Part shown: in pieces, positions 19,101 to 26,673 of the stretch
Position numbering within the stretch: position 1 is the first letter of the stretch
Layout of the letters: each line of letters starts with the position of its first letter
NCBI GenBank assembly: GCA_964520475.1
Contig: CAZFNS010000004.1
Location: forward strand, 12,655-76,654
DNA length: 64,000 nucleotides
Origin: an uncultured Enterobacterales bacterium
GTDB taxonomy: Bacteria; Pseudomonadota; Gammaproteobacteria; Enterobacterales; Succinivibrionaceae
Direction: 5' to 3'
Program-made: the position numbers and the translations under genes
The notes under the pieces: model-generated
The model's input: only the letters and a program-made list of their open reading frames with translations
Told to the model about the DNA's origin: nothing
The model's database searches: none

Positions 19101-21301
19101 TCGTCCTGTTCCGCAAGCTGTCCCACGGCGGCGCCGTCAAGACCCTGCAGAACGCGCTCGGGGCGGCGGTCACGGTCACTCCCGAGAACTTCCCCGATCT
19201 CGCGCGCAAGGCCGAGGAATTCAAGAACCTCCTCGCCGGCATCGAAAGCGACGTCGCCCGCGTGGAAAAGCTCAACCCGGAGCTGGGCGCCGAGCTGCGC
19301 GCGTCCCCGGACGCGGCGTCCGGGCGGATCGGCGTGACCCTTAAATTCCTCGAGGCGGCCCGGGCCGCCGAGGCCGCGGTTCCCGGAGCCGCCGTGCTCG
19401 CGGGCGCCCGCGAGGCGCTGCGCGACCCCGCGGCGGGCCTGGCCGCGCTCAGGACCCTGGCCGCGGACTGCCTCGCGAAAACCGAAAAATTCGCGGCCCT
19501 GTCCGCCGCCGCGGAGGAATTTTTCCGGACGGATCCCGCCGAGCTCCCCGAGTCCCTGGACGAGCGCGCCGCGGCCGTGGGGGCCATGGCCGCGGCGGCC
19601 GGCGACCTGCCCGAATGGGAGGCGATAAGCTCGCGGCTCGACGCCCTCGCCGCGTGCGGCTTCGCCGATCTCGCCCGCAAACTGCGCCTCGGCCTGGTCT
19701 CCGCCAAAATCGGCGAGGACGCGGCCGCCCGAATCTTCGCGCGCTCGATGTGCGATTACTTCATCGCCCGGGAGCCGGCCCTCGGCTCGTTCCGGGGCAT
19801 CCTCTTCGAGGACCGCATGCTCCGCTTCAACGAGAACAACGAAAAATTCCGCGAGCTGTGCAAACGGAGCGCGGCCTACCTGCTCGCGAGCCTCCGGAGC
19901 ATCGCGCAGAACCGGCCCGACCTCGCCGCGGAGCAGACGTACCTCATCAAGGCCGTCAAGAGCAAAGGACGCAAGCAGAGCATCCGCGGCATCTTCGACA
20001 ACATCTCCGGGCTGCTGCGCGAGATGTGCCCGTGCATGCTCATGAGCCCCCTGTCGGCCGCGCAGTACCTGTCGCCCGACAAGTACGTCTTCGACCTGGT
20101 GATCTTCGACGAGGCCTCGCAGCTGCCCACCTCCGAGGCCGCCGGGGCGATCGGCCGGGGTAAGCAGGTCATCGTCGCGGGCGACTCCAAGCAGATGCCC
20201 CCGACCGATTTCTTCTCCGCGAAGCAGAACGACGAGGAAGACGAGACCGCCGATCTCGAAAGCCTCCTCGACGACTGCATCGCCCTGAGGATGCCGGTCA
20301 AAACGCTCAGCTGGCATTACCGGAGCACCCACGAAAGCCTCATCTCCTTCAGCAACGCCCTGTACTACGGCGGCGGGCTGTACACCTTCCCGTCCCCGGA
20401 CGACCGGGCCTCGCGGATCGAGTACCGCCCCGTGAAAGGGATCTACGACCGCGGCGGCAGCGGCCGGAACAAGGAGGAAAGCGCGGCGGTGATCTCCTGC
20501 CTGGCCGATTATCTCGCCAATCCGGACAACCTGTCCTCGTCCGTGGGCATCCTCACCTTCAACACCAAGCAGCAGACGCTGCTCGAGGAGGATCTGGAAA
20601 AGCTCTTCCGGGATCGCCCCGAACTCGAGGACGCCTCCCGCAAGCTTCCGGAGCCGCTGTTCGTCAAGAACCTCGAAAACGTCCAGGGCGACGAGCGGGA
20701 CGTCATGCTGTTCTCCATCGGCTTCGGCCCCGACAAGACCGGGCGGGTCACGCTGAACTTCGGGCCCCTCAACCGGGCCGGCGGGGAAAGGCGCCTCAAC
20801 GTCGCCGTCACCCGCTCGAAGAAACGGATGGTGATCTTCTCGTCGCTCGAGCCCGACGCCATGCACGTCTCGGACGTTTCCCCGCAGGGCGTGAAAGACC
20901 TCAAGGCCTTCCTCGCGTACGCCAAGAAGGGCGGCGGGGTCCTGCCGGCCGGGAAGGGCGCCGGCCCGGCCCGGGCGGACGCCCTGACGGCGGAAATCGC
21001 CGCCGCGCTCGGGAAGGCGGGCTACGAGTGCGACGCGAACGTCGGCGCCTCGCGGTTCAAAATCGATCTCGCGGTCCGGGATCCGCGGCGGCCGGACGTT
21101 TACCTGGCCTGCGTCCTGACCGACGGCCGGGGTTTCGGCTCCGACTGCATGATCGCGGACAAAACCGGCGGCCAGCCGGCGGCGCTCCGCCAGCTCGGCT
21201 GGAACATCGTCCGGGTGTGGAGCTGCGAATGGTACAAGAACCGGGACAAGGCGGCCGAACAGCTCGCCGGGCGGCTGCGCGAGCTCGGGGAGGGGCGGTA
21301 A
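16166..21301 (+). CDS. Giant Upf1-like SF1B helicase with four parts: a ~370-aa N-terminal region of unknown function, a DUF4011-like region, a split AAA_11/AAA_12 helicase core and a C-terminal restriction-endonuclease-fold domain
   Basis: The track ORF starts at the GTG at 16088. The first in-frame ATG is at 16166, preceded by AAGGGAtcAGGA. Residue numbers below count from 16088.
- Motif I: GPPGTGKS (aa 710-717, nt 18215-18238).
- Motif Ia: VLFVAEKMAALSVV.
- Motif II: DEASQ (nt 20108-20122).
- Motif III: VIVAGDSKQMPPT.
- Motif IV: LSWHYRSTHESLISFSN.
- Motif V: VGILTFNTKQQ and ENVQGDERDVMLFS.
- Motif VI: RRLNVAVTRSKKRMVIF.
- DUF4011-like: LQSWENKLLDLSLRNRLLN.
- C-terminal tail: FKIDLAV...VLTDG...LGWNIVRVWSCEWY. 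Confidence 0.85.
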   Translation: MKTTNQDTMNRTAGAAELEAEISPVLNFALCRRGLPLAKNITVAGGGPGDLTLEVRAGGGSGEVSARCAAAVAADGAAAVSGVPLPEDGFRIFPPEKAETAGVGLRVLAADGKEIAALAGKAEIQPFDFWPGYALSPEIIASFVVPGDPGAAEITARAEKILSGSAGGGFDGFGSGDPARAEKQAEALFEAVRELKIAGSPAPSGFVERGQRVRSPEAVLAARRADSLEAACLFASLLERAGLNPVVAFTDRRALAGFRTADRILPDALTDSRQSVTGDDIVLFDGLGAAAGGGDFAAARGEAARALAGESFVMAADVRRCRLAGIRPLPRLEGSGAAAKITEYEAPAAAAPAGDVLESGIAARNGQKITRLQSWENKLLDLSLRNRLLNVKYGRGCVPVIPASLSGFEDNLASGGTCVIEPLPEKLCDQCAANEYRADAETAEFLRGEAKPDAVLRSPVKNPEELGSLLQKFYREAQNSYSENGSNSFFLTAGMLKWYESEAARTPKYAPIILIPVELSRKNVRSPFTLSGKDEESIVNFSLLEMLRQFFRIEITGLDPLPHDEKGVDVNLILATVRNAVKDMPNWEVLETSVIGNFSFSKFVMWKDLTSNADILSRSPVFAALCRGEAGAAAASGSGDGADGERSVDGRFSYGRLCQPIMADTSQMDALLMSDAGESFVLQGPPGTGKSQTITNIIVNALAHKKKVLFVAEKMAALSVVQQRLAKIGLDPFCLELHSNKVKKTAVLERLDAAVAADSASPLEESAKICAELNAQREEIAGQIAAMHEKRLAGLSVYDAMCLCASADAELRDLAADAGAAEGMTEEKLKTAGLALREIAVLSENRRLLSEYPLRFAHPAGAGGAAPEDLKEYAGAAGACRDALAALGAKLGFDAGKVTAGPGLKALADLCRAAGAENLDAALIASGALSGETEVLGALRQKTARRAELAAELGENAADLKDLDVHALLKKWELDDRKFVLFRKLSHGGAVKTLQNALGAAVTVTPENFPDLARKAEEFKNLLAGIESDVARVEKLNPELGAELRASPDAASGRIGVTLKFLEAARAAEAAVPGAAVLAGAREALRDPAAGLAALRTLAADCLAKTEKFAALSAAAEEFFRTDPAELPESLDERAAAVGAMAAAAGDLPEWEAISSRLDALAACGFADLARKLRLGLVSAKIGEDAAARIFARSMCDYFIAREPALGSFRGILFEDRMLRFNENNEKFRELCKRSAAYLLASLRSIAQNRPDLAAEQTYLIKAVKSKGRKQSIRGIFDNISGLLREMCPCMLMSPLSAAQYLSPDKYVFDLVIFDEASQLPTSEAAGAIGRGKQVIVAGDSKQMPPTDFFSAKQNDEEDETADLESLLDDCIALRMPVKTLSWHYRSTHESLISFSNALYYGGGLYTFPSPDDRASRIEYRPVKGIYDRGGSGRNKEESAAVISCLADYLANPDNLSSSVGILTFNTKQQTLLEEDLEKLFRDRPELEDASRKLPEPLFVKNLENVQGDERDVMLFSIGFGPDKTGRVTLNFGPLNRAGGERRLNVAVTRSKKRMVIFSSLEPDAMHVSDVSPQGVKDLKAFLAYAKKGGGVLPAGKGAGPARADALTAEIAAALGKAGYECDANVGASRFKIDLAVRDPRRPDVYLACVLTDGRGFGSDCMIADKTGGQPAALRQLGWNIVRVWSCEWYKNRDKAAEQLAGRLRELGEGR

Positions 21302-21337
21302 AAAACCCCGCCCCGCGCCCCCAAGGCCCGATAATTT

Positions 21338-21346
21338 TGCTACAAT
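21338..21346 (+). promoter_or_regulatory. Candidate extended -10 promoter (TGcTACAAT) for kdsC-lptCAB
   Basis: A ttTGcTACAATat lies 70 nt upstream of the kdsC ATG. No -35 element is recognisable. Confidence 0.4.
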
Positions 21347-21414
21347 ATGCGTAAAAGCGCCCGGCGCGGCCGGAACGCGGATAATAAGTATACGATCGGA
21401 CTTGCGAAGAAAAA

Positions 21415-21981
21415 ATGGATGACATAGCGGCCCTCACCTGCCCGACCCCCTACGGACCGGTCCCGGCGGAGCTGATGCGGCGCGTCGGGAAGATCAGACT
21501 GCTGCTCAGCGACGTCGACGGAGTGCTCTCCGACGGCCGGATCTATCTGTCGAACAGCGGCGAGGAAATCAAGAATTTCAACGCTAAAGACGGCTTCGGC
21601 ATCGTGGCCGTGCAGAAGCGCGGCGTGGATTTCGGGGTCATCACCGGCCGGAAGTCCGCGATCGTCGAGAACCGCCTGAAGTCGCTCGGGGCCCGGTACA
21701 TCCGCCAGGGGGCGGAAGACAAAACCGCCGTTCTCGCGGAAATCATGAACGCCGCGGGCCTCGCCCGGGAAGAGGTGGCCTACATCGGCGACGACGTGAT
21801 CGACGTTACCGTGTTCGCCCGCTGCGGGCTGGCCTTCTGTCCCGCCGACGCCCACCCCACCGTGCGCGCCATAGCGGATTACGTGTGCCGGCTCCGCGGC
21901 GGCGACGGCGCCGTCAGGGAAGTGTGCGATCTCATTCTCGCGGCGCGGGGCGCCCTCGGCGCCGTGGGGGCGAGCGTATAG
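21415..21981 (+). CDS. kdsC: 3-deoxy-D-manno-octulosonate 8-phosphate phosphatase
   Basis: The product is 188 aa with the HAD motifs LLLSDVDGVLSDG and ...YIGDDVIDV... A KdsC-like GGDGAVREVCDLIL is also present. Confidence 0.9.
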   Translation: MDDIAALTCPTPYGPVPAELMRRVGKIRLLLSDVDGVLSDGRIYLSNSGEEIKNFNAKDGFGIVAVQKRGVDFGVITGRKSAIVENRLKSLGARYIRQGAEDKTAVLAEIMNAAGLAREEVAYIGDDVIDVTVFARCGLAFCPADAHPTVRAIADYVCRLRGGDGAVREVCDLILAARGALGAVGASV

Positions 21982-21983
21982 CC

Positions 21984-22592
21984 ATGATGAGACTGATAAT
22001 CCGGATCCTGCCTTTCGCCGTCCTCGCGGCGTGCTCGTATTTCTTCTACGACTGGGCCGACACGCGGGACCGGCAGGAGCGCGCGGACGTGAGCGAGACG
22101 ACCCCGGTGTTTTACGCGCGCAACGTCACCACCAAGCATTTCAACCCGGACGGCGTCCTGTACGGAACCGTCGCGGCCGGCGAGGCGGAGTATTTCCAGA
22201 ACTCCGACAAGACGGTCTTCACCATGCCCACGGTGACGTACGTTCCCGCCCTGGACCCCAACAACAAGGAAGCCGCCCGCGTGAACAACCGGAACGTCTG
22301 GATGATCAAGGCCGACCGGGGAACCATGGCCGGCTCGGACACCATCTTCCTTAAGGGCGGCGTGGTGGCCTCTTCGGCCGGCGGCGGCGAATCGCCCGTC
22401 CGGGAGATAAAAACCTCATACCTCGAAATAGATCTGGGCGCGGAGGAAATCAGGACCCCGGAGGTCGTGACCATCAGCGGGGATCATTTCACCAACAGCG
22501 GCAAAAATCTCACCGGCCGGCTGGCTTCGAAATATTTTGAACTTTCAGAGGATTGCCATGCGACATATTTCGGCTCCACTTTCGCCAAATAG
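21984..22592 (+). CDS. lptC: LPS export protein LptC
   Basis: The track ORF was trimmed to the ATG at 21984, which is 2 nt after the kdsC stop. The sequence MMRLIIRILPFAVLAACSYFF gives a single N-terminal TM segment. Size and position are as for lptC. Confidence 0.75.
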   Translation: MMRLIIRILPFAVLAACSYFFYDWADTRDRQERADVSETTPVFYARNVTTKHFNPDGVLYGTVAAGEAEYFQNSDKTVFTMPTVTYVPALDPNNKEAARVNNRNVWMIKADRGTMAGSDTIFLKGGVVASSAGGGESPVREIKTSYLEIDLGAEEIRTPEVVTISGDHFTNSGKNLTGRLASKYFELSEDCHATYFGSTFAK

Positions 22593-23130
22593 ACTGCTCG
22601 CCGCGGTTCTGGCGGCCGCGCTGCTCGCGCCGGCCGCGGCCCTCGCGAAGCAGAGCGATTTCAAAGAGCCCATCAGCGTAGACTCGGGCAGGCAGACGGC
22701 CGAGCTCGAAAGCAACAGGATAACCTTCACCGAAGACGTGATCATCCGGCAGGGCACCATCAAGATCACCGCCGACCGGGTCGAAATCCTCAGAACGCCC
22801 GAGGGGCAGATTAAAAGCGCCACGGCCACCGGCGCCCCGGCCACGTTTTTCCAGATCCTCGACAACGGCAAGCCCGTCCGCGCCGAGGGCCGCGCCATCG
22901 CCTACTACCCGGGCGCCCAGACCGTGGAGCTCAGGGACGGCGCCTCGATTGAGCAGGGACACTCGAAAATCGCCGGCGACACCATCACCTACAACATCGC
23001 CAAGGAAAGGATGGAAGCCACGGGCAGCGAAACCAAGGAGGGCAAAAGCGGCCGGGTGACCACGGTGTTCATCCCCGAGGAACTGAAGCGTCAGATCGAC
23101 GAAAGCAAAGGTTCCCGGAACAAGCGTTAG
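22558..23130 (+). CDS. lptA: LPS transport periplasmic protein LptA
   Basis: The track start is the TTG at 22537. The ATG at 22558 is preceded by AGGA. There is a signal peptide, then OstA-like ...[23 protein letters not shown]... The gene overlaps the lptC 3' end. Confidence 0.85.
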   Translation: MRHISAPLSPNRLLAAVLAAALLAPAAALAKQSDFKEPISVDSGRQTAELESNRITFTEDVIIRQGTIKITADRVEILRTPEGQIKSATATGAPATFFQILDNGKPVRAEGRAIAYYPGAQTVELRDGASIEQGHSKIAGDTITYNIAKERMEATGSETKEGKSGRVTTVFIPEELKRQIDESKGSRNKR

Positions 23131-23150
23131 CGGGAACCGGAGAAAGGCAC

Positions 23151-23879
<729 letters not shown>

Positions 23880-23980
23880 CGCGGGCGCGGGCGTAACCCC
23901 CGCGCCGGCCGGATTATTTAACGACAAAAATTACATAAGGTTACGCCCGCCGGCGCAAACGCCGGCTTTGAAGGTTATTT

Positions 23981-25561
23981 ATGAAGACCGGCCTGAATTT
24001 ACGCCAAACCGGGGTGCAGACCCTGACCATGACGCCGCAGCTGCAGCAGGCCATCCGGCTGCTGCAGCTGTCCGCGGCCGAGCTGCGGCAGGAAATTCAG
24101 AATAACCTCGACAAGAACCCCTTTCTCGAAGCCGACGAAAGCGACGGCGACGCCGGCATCACCACATCGCTCGAGGCCATCAGCGAGAGCGAGTACAGCC
24201 GGGAAGTCAGCCCCGAAGACATCTCCCCCTTCAACGACGACACGACCCTGTCCCTCGACAACGCCCCGTACGCGGGCGGCGACAGCGACGGCGGGTACGC
24301 CGCGCTCGGCGGGGAGAACTCCCGCGACGGCAGCATTTCCCACGAAAGCGCCAACATCCAGAACGACGAGGTCGAGTACTGGCAGGACAACGGCGGAACC
24401 GGGCGCACCCCGCGGGGGAACGGCGTCCGCGGCGAGGACATCGGCGATTTTCAGGGCGCGGCGCCCCGGGGGCTCGCCGATTACCTCAAGTGGCAGCTTA
24501 ACCTGACCCCCATGCCCGACGCCGACCGGCTGATCGCCGAGGCGGTGATCGACGGCGTCAATGAATCGGGCTACCTGACCGAAACGACCGGGGACATCCT
24601 CCTCGCGGTCCGCGGGGATCTGCCGGCAGCCTCCGAAGCGGACGTGGAGCGGGTCCTCAAAACGGTGCAGCGCTTCGATCCCCCCGGCATAGCCTCGCGG
24701 TCGGTCCGGGAGTCCCTGCTCCTGCAGCTCGAGCAGTTCGACGCGGCGGACCCCGCCGTCGTCCTGGCCCGGAAAATCATCGCGGATCATCTCGAACTGC
24801 TCGGGAAGAAGGACTTCCGCGCCCTGGCGCGGAACCTCGAGCTCAAGGACCGGGACGCGGGCCTCCTCCGGGAGGCGGTCAAGGTCATCACCGGCCTCGA
24901 GCCGCGGCCGGGCAACTGCATCCCCCAGGAAAAAAGCGAGTACATCATTCCCGACGTCGCCGCGCGCAAGCGCGGCGGCAGGTGGATCGCGGAGCTGAAC
25001 CCGAGCGCCGTCCCCAAGATCCGCCTCAACGAAAAATACTGCGAGCTGTGCAGCTCCGTCCGGACCCCGCGCGAATCGAGCTACATCAAGACGCACATCC
25101 AGGAGGCCAGCTCATTCCTCCAGAGCGTCCGGAAAAGAAACGAAACGCTCTTCAAAGTGGCTTCCTGCATCGTGGAGCACCAGCAGGACTTCTTCGAGCG
25201 CGGCGCCCAGTTCATGCGGCCCCTGGTCCTCAACGACATCGCCGCCGAAACCGGCTTCCACGAGTCCACCATCTCCCGGGTGACCACGGAAAAATACATC
25301 CTCACCCCGCGGGGCACCTTCGAGCTGAAATATTTCTTCAGCAGCCACGTCAGCTCCGACAGCGGGGACGAGCTGTCGTCGACGGCCATCCGGGCCAAGA
25401 TCAAGGAGCTCATCGGCGCGGAGAACGCCCAAAAGCCCCTTTCGGACAGCCGGCTGTCCCGGATCCTGGCGGAAAGCGGGATCGTCGTGGCCCGGCGGAC
25501 GATCGCCAAGTACCGCGAAGCGCTGAACATCCCGCCGTCGAACCTGCGCAAATCCATCTGA
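23981..25561 (+). CDS. rpoN: RNA polymerase sigma-54 factor
   Basis: The product is 526 aa, starting MKTGLNLRQ...LTMTPQLQQAIRLLQLS. It has an acidic region II and the C-terminal RpoN box ARRTIAKYRE. Confidence 0.95.
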   Translation: MKTGLNLRQTGVQTLTMTPQLQQAIRLLQLSAAELRQEIQNNLDKNPFLEADESDGDAGITTSLEAISESEYSREVSPEDISPFNDDTTLSLDNAPYAGGDSDGGYAALGGENSRDGSISHESANIQNDEVEYWQDNGGTGRTPRGNGVRGEDIGDFQGAAPRGLADYLKWQLNLTPMPDADRLIAEAVIDGVNESGYLTETTGDILLAVRGDLPAASEADVERVLKTVQRFDPPGIASRSVRESLLLQLEQFDAADPAVVLARKIIADHLELLGKKDFRALARNLELKDRDAGLLREAVKVITGLEPRPGNCIPQEKSEYIIPDVAARKRGGRWIAELNPSAVPKIRLNEKYCELCSSVRTPRESSYIKTHIQEASSFLQSVRKRNETLFKVASCIVEHQQDFFERGAQFMRPLVLNDIAAETGFHESTISRVTTEKYILTPRGTFELKYFFSSHVSSDSGDELSSTAIRAKIKELIGAENAQKPLSDSRLSRILAESGIVVARRTIAKYREALNIPPSNLRKSI

Positions 25562-25820
25562 CGCCCGCCCGGGAGGCGTCCGGACGGGGCCCGCCGGCGC
25601 CGGCGGGCCGGCGCCAAAACCTCGTCTCCAGTCACTATTCTAAGGTTTCGCGGTGGATATTAATCAGGGCGGAATATAGAATTAGATCAGGCGGAGGGCC
25701 GGACCGGGCTCTCCCCCCGCGGGCCGCGCGCGGCCGGAACGCCGCGGATTCCCGTAAAAAACGCCGGCGGGAACGGCTTGCGCCTTTATTTTAAATGTAA
25801 TCATCCTATCGTTAAGGAGT

Positions 25821-26114
25821 ATGCCTATGCAGATTACTATCGTCGGCCACCACATCGAGGTGACCGAATCTCTTCGCGATTACGTTCTTACCAAAATGGA
25901 TCATCTCAAACGGCTCGAAGACTACGTCAAATCCATTCACGTGACCCTCAGCATCGAAAACCAGCAGCTTCACAAGGCGACCGCCAAAGTAAACGTCACC
26001 GGCAACGATCTCTACGCCGAATCGACGGCGGAATCGATGTACGCCTCCATCGACGTTCTCGCCGACAAGCTCGAGCGCCAGCTGGTCAAATACAAGGAAA
26101 AGCTGCCCAAATAG
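25821..26114 (+). CDS. hpf: Ribosome hibernation promoting factor (short HPF / sigma-54 modulation protein)
   Basis: The product is 97 aa, MPMQITIVGHHIEVTESLRDYV... AAGGAG lies upstream. Position after rpoN is conserved. Confidence 0.9.
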   Translation: MPMQITIVGHHIEVTESLRDYVLTKMDHLKRLEDYVKSIHVTLSIENQQLHKATAKVNVTGNDLYAESTAESMYASIDVLADKLERQLVKYKEKLPK

Positions 26115-26117
26115 CCG

Positions 26118-26603
26118 ATGCCCAACATTATCGGAACACTACTGGAAAAGGACAGCGTGCTAAGCCCTGTCCTTTGTTTCAGCAAGAAAAAAACCTACGA
26201 AGTCATCGCGGACGCGGCGGGCAAAAAAACGGGGCTGTCCGCGCCCGAACTCCTCAAGCTGCTCAACGAGCGGGAAAATCTCGGCAGCACCTACATAGCC
26301 AACGGTTTCGTGATGCCCCACGCGCTCGTCCCCGCCGAGTGCCGGGAAACGGCCGTGCTGGTGCTGCTCGACCGGCCGGTGAACTACAGCACTCCCGACA
26401 ATCTCTGGGCCGACGTATTCCTCGCGCTGTTCATCCGCGCCGAATCCGTCGCGAAATACAAGGACGACGTCGCGGAGCTGTGCCGCGAATTCGGCGATCA
26501 GGCCAAGATCAGGCAGCTCCGCACCATCAGGAACATCTCGTCGCACGTGTACAACTCGGTGATCAGGCATTTCGAGAACGCGGACGGGGAACCCGGCGAA
26601 TAG
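26118..26603 (+). CDS. ptsN: PTS-Ntr EIIA (nitrogen regulatory IIA protein)
   Basis: The product is 161 aa. The EIIA-2 pattern ...GSTYIANGFVMPHA... carries the phospho-His context. The gene lies 3 nt after hpf. Confidence 0.85.
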   Translation: MPNIIGTLLEKDSVLSPVLCFSKKKTYEVIADAAGKKTGLSAPELLKLLNERENLGSTYIANGFVMPHALVPAECRETAVLVLLDRPVNYSTPDNLWADVFLALFIRAESVAKYKDDVAELCREFGDQAKIRQLRTIRNISSHVYNSVIRHFENADGEPGE

Positions 26604-26611
26604 AAACGAAA

Positions 26612-26650
26612 GGGCCCGAACCCGCCGCGGCGGATTCGGGCCCGGTTTTT
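26612..26650. terminator. Bidirectional rho-independent terminator between convergent ptsN and rpoH
   Basis: The hairpin is GGGCCCGAA-c-CCGCCG/CGGCGG-a-TTCGGGCCC. It is flanked by GGTTTTT on the + strand and TTTCGTTT on the - strand. Confidence 0.65.
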
Positions 26651-26673
26651 CCCGGTCCGGGGGCTCCCGCGGC

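Noticed and set aside
16157-20866. Very long stop-free ORFs lie antisense to or out of frame with the helicase gene. They are 16157..18988 (943 aa, minus), 18124..19707 (527 aa, minus), 19043..20866 (607 aa, minus) and 16255..17826 (523 aa, plus).
   Set aside because: Their translations are Arg/Gly/Pro/Ala-dominated low-complexity strings with no recognisable motif, no Shine-Dalgarno sequence and no promoter. The sense frame carries a full ordered helicase motif set. Long antisense open frames are expected in DNA with G/C-rich third codon positions.
25770-25800. I considered a sigma-54 promoter (GG-N10-GC) near ...cgggaacggcttgcgcc... upstream of hpf.
   Set aside because: The GG to TTGC spacing is off by one, and the TGGCAC half is not present.
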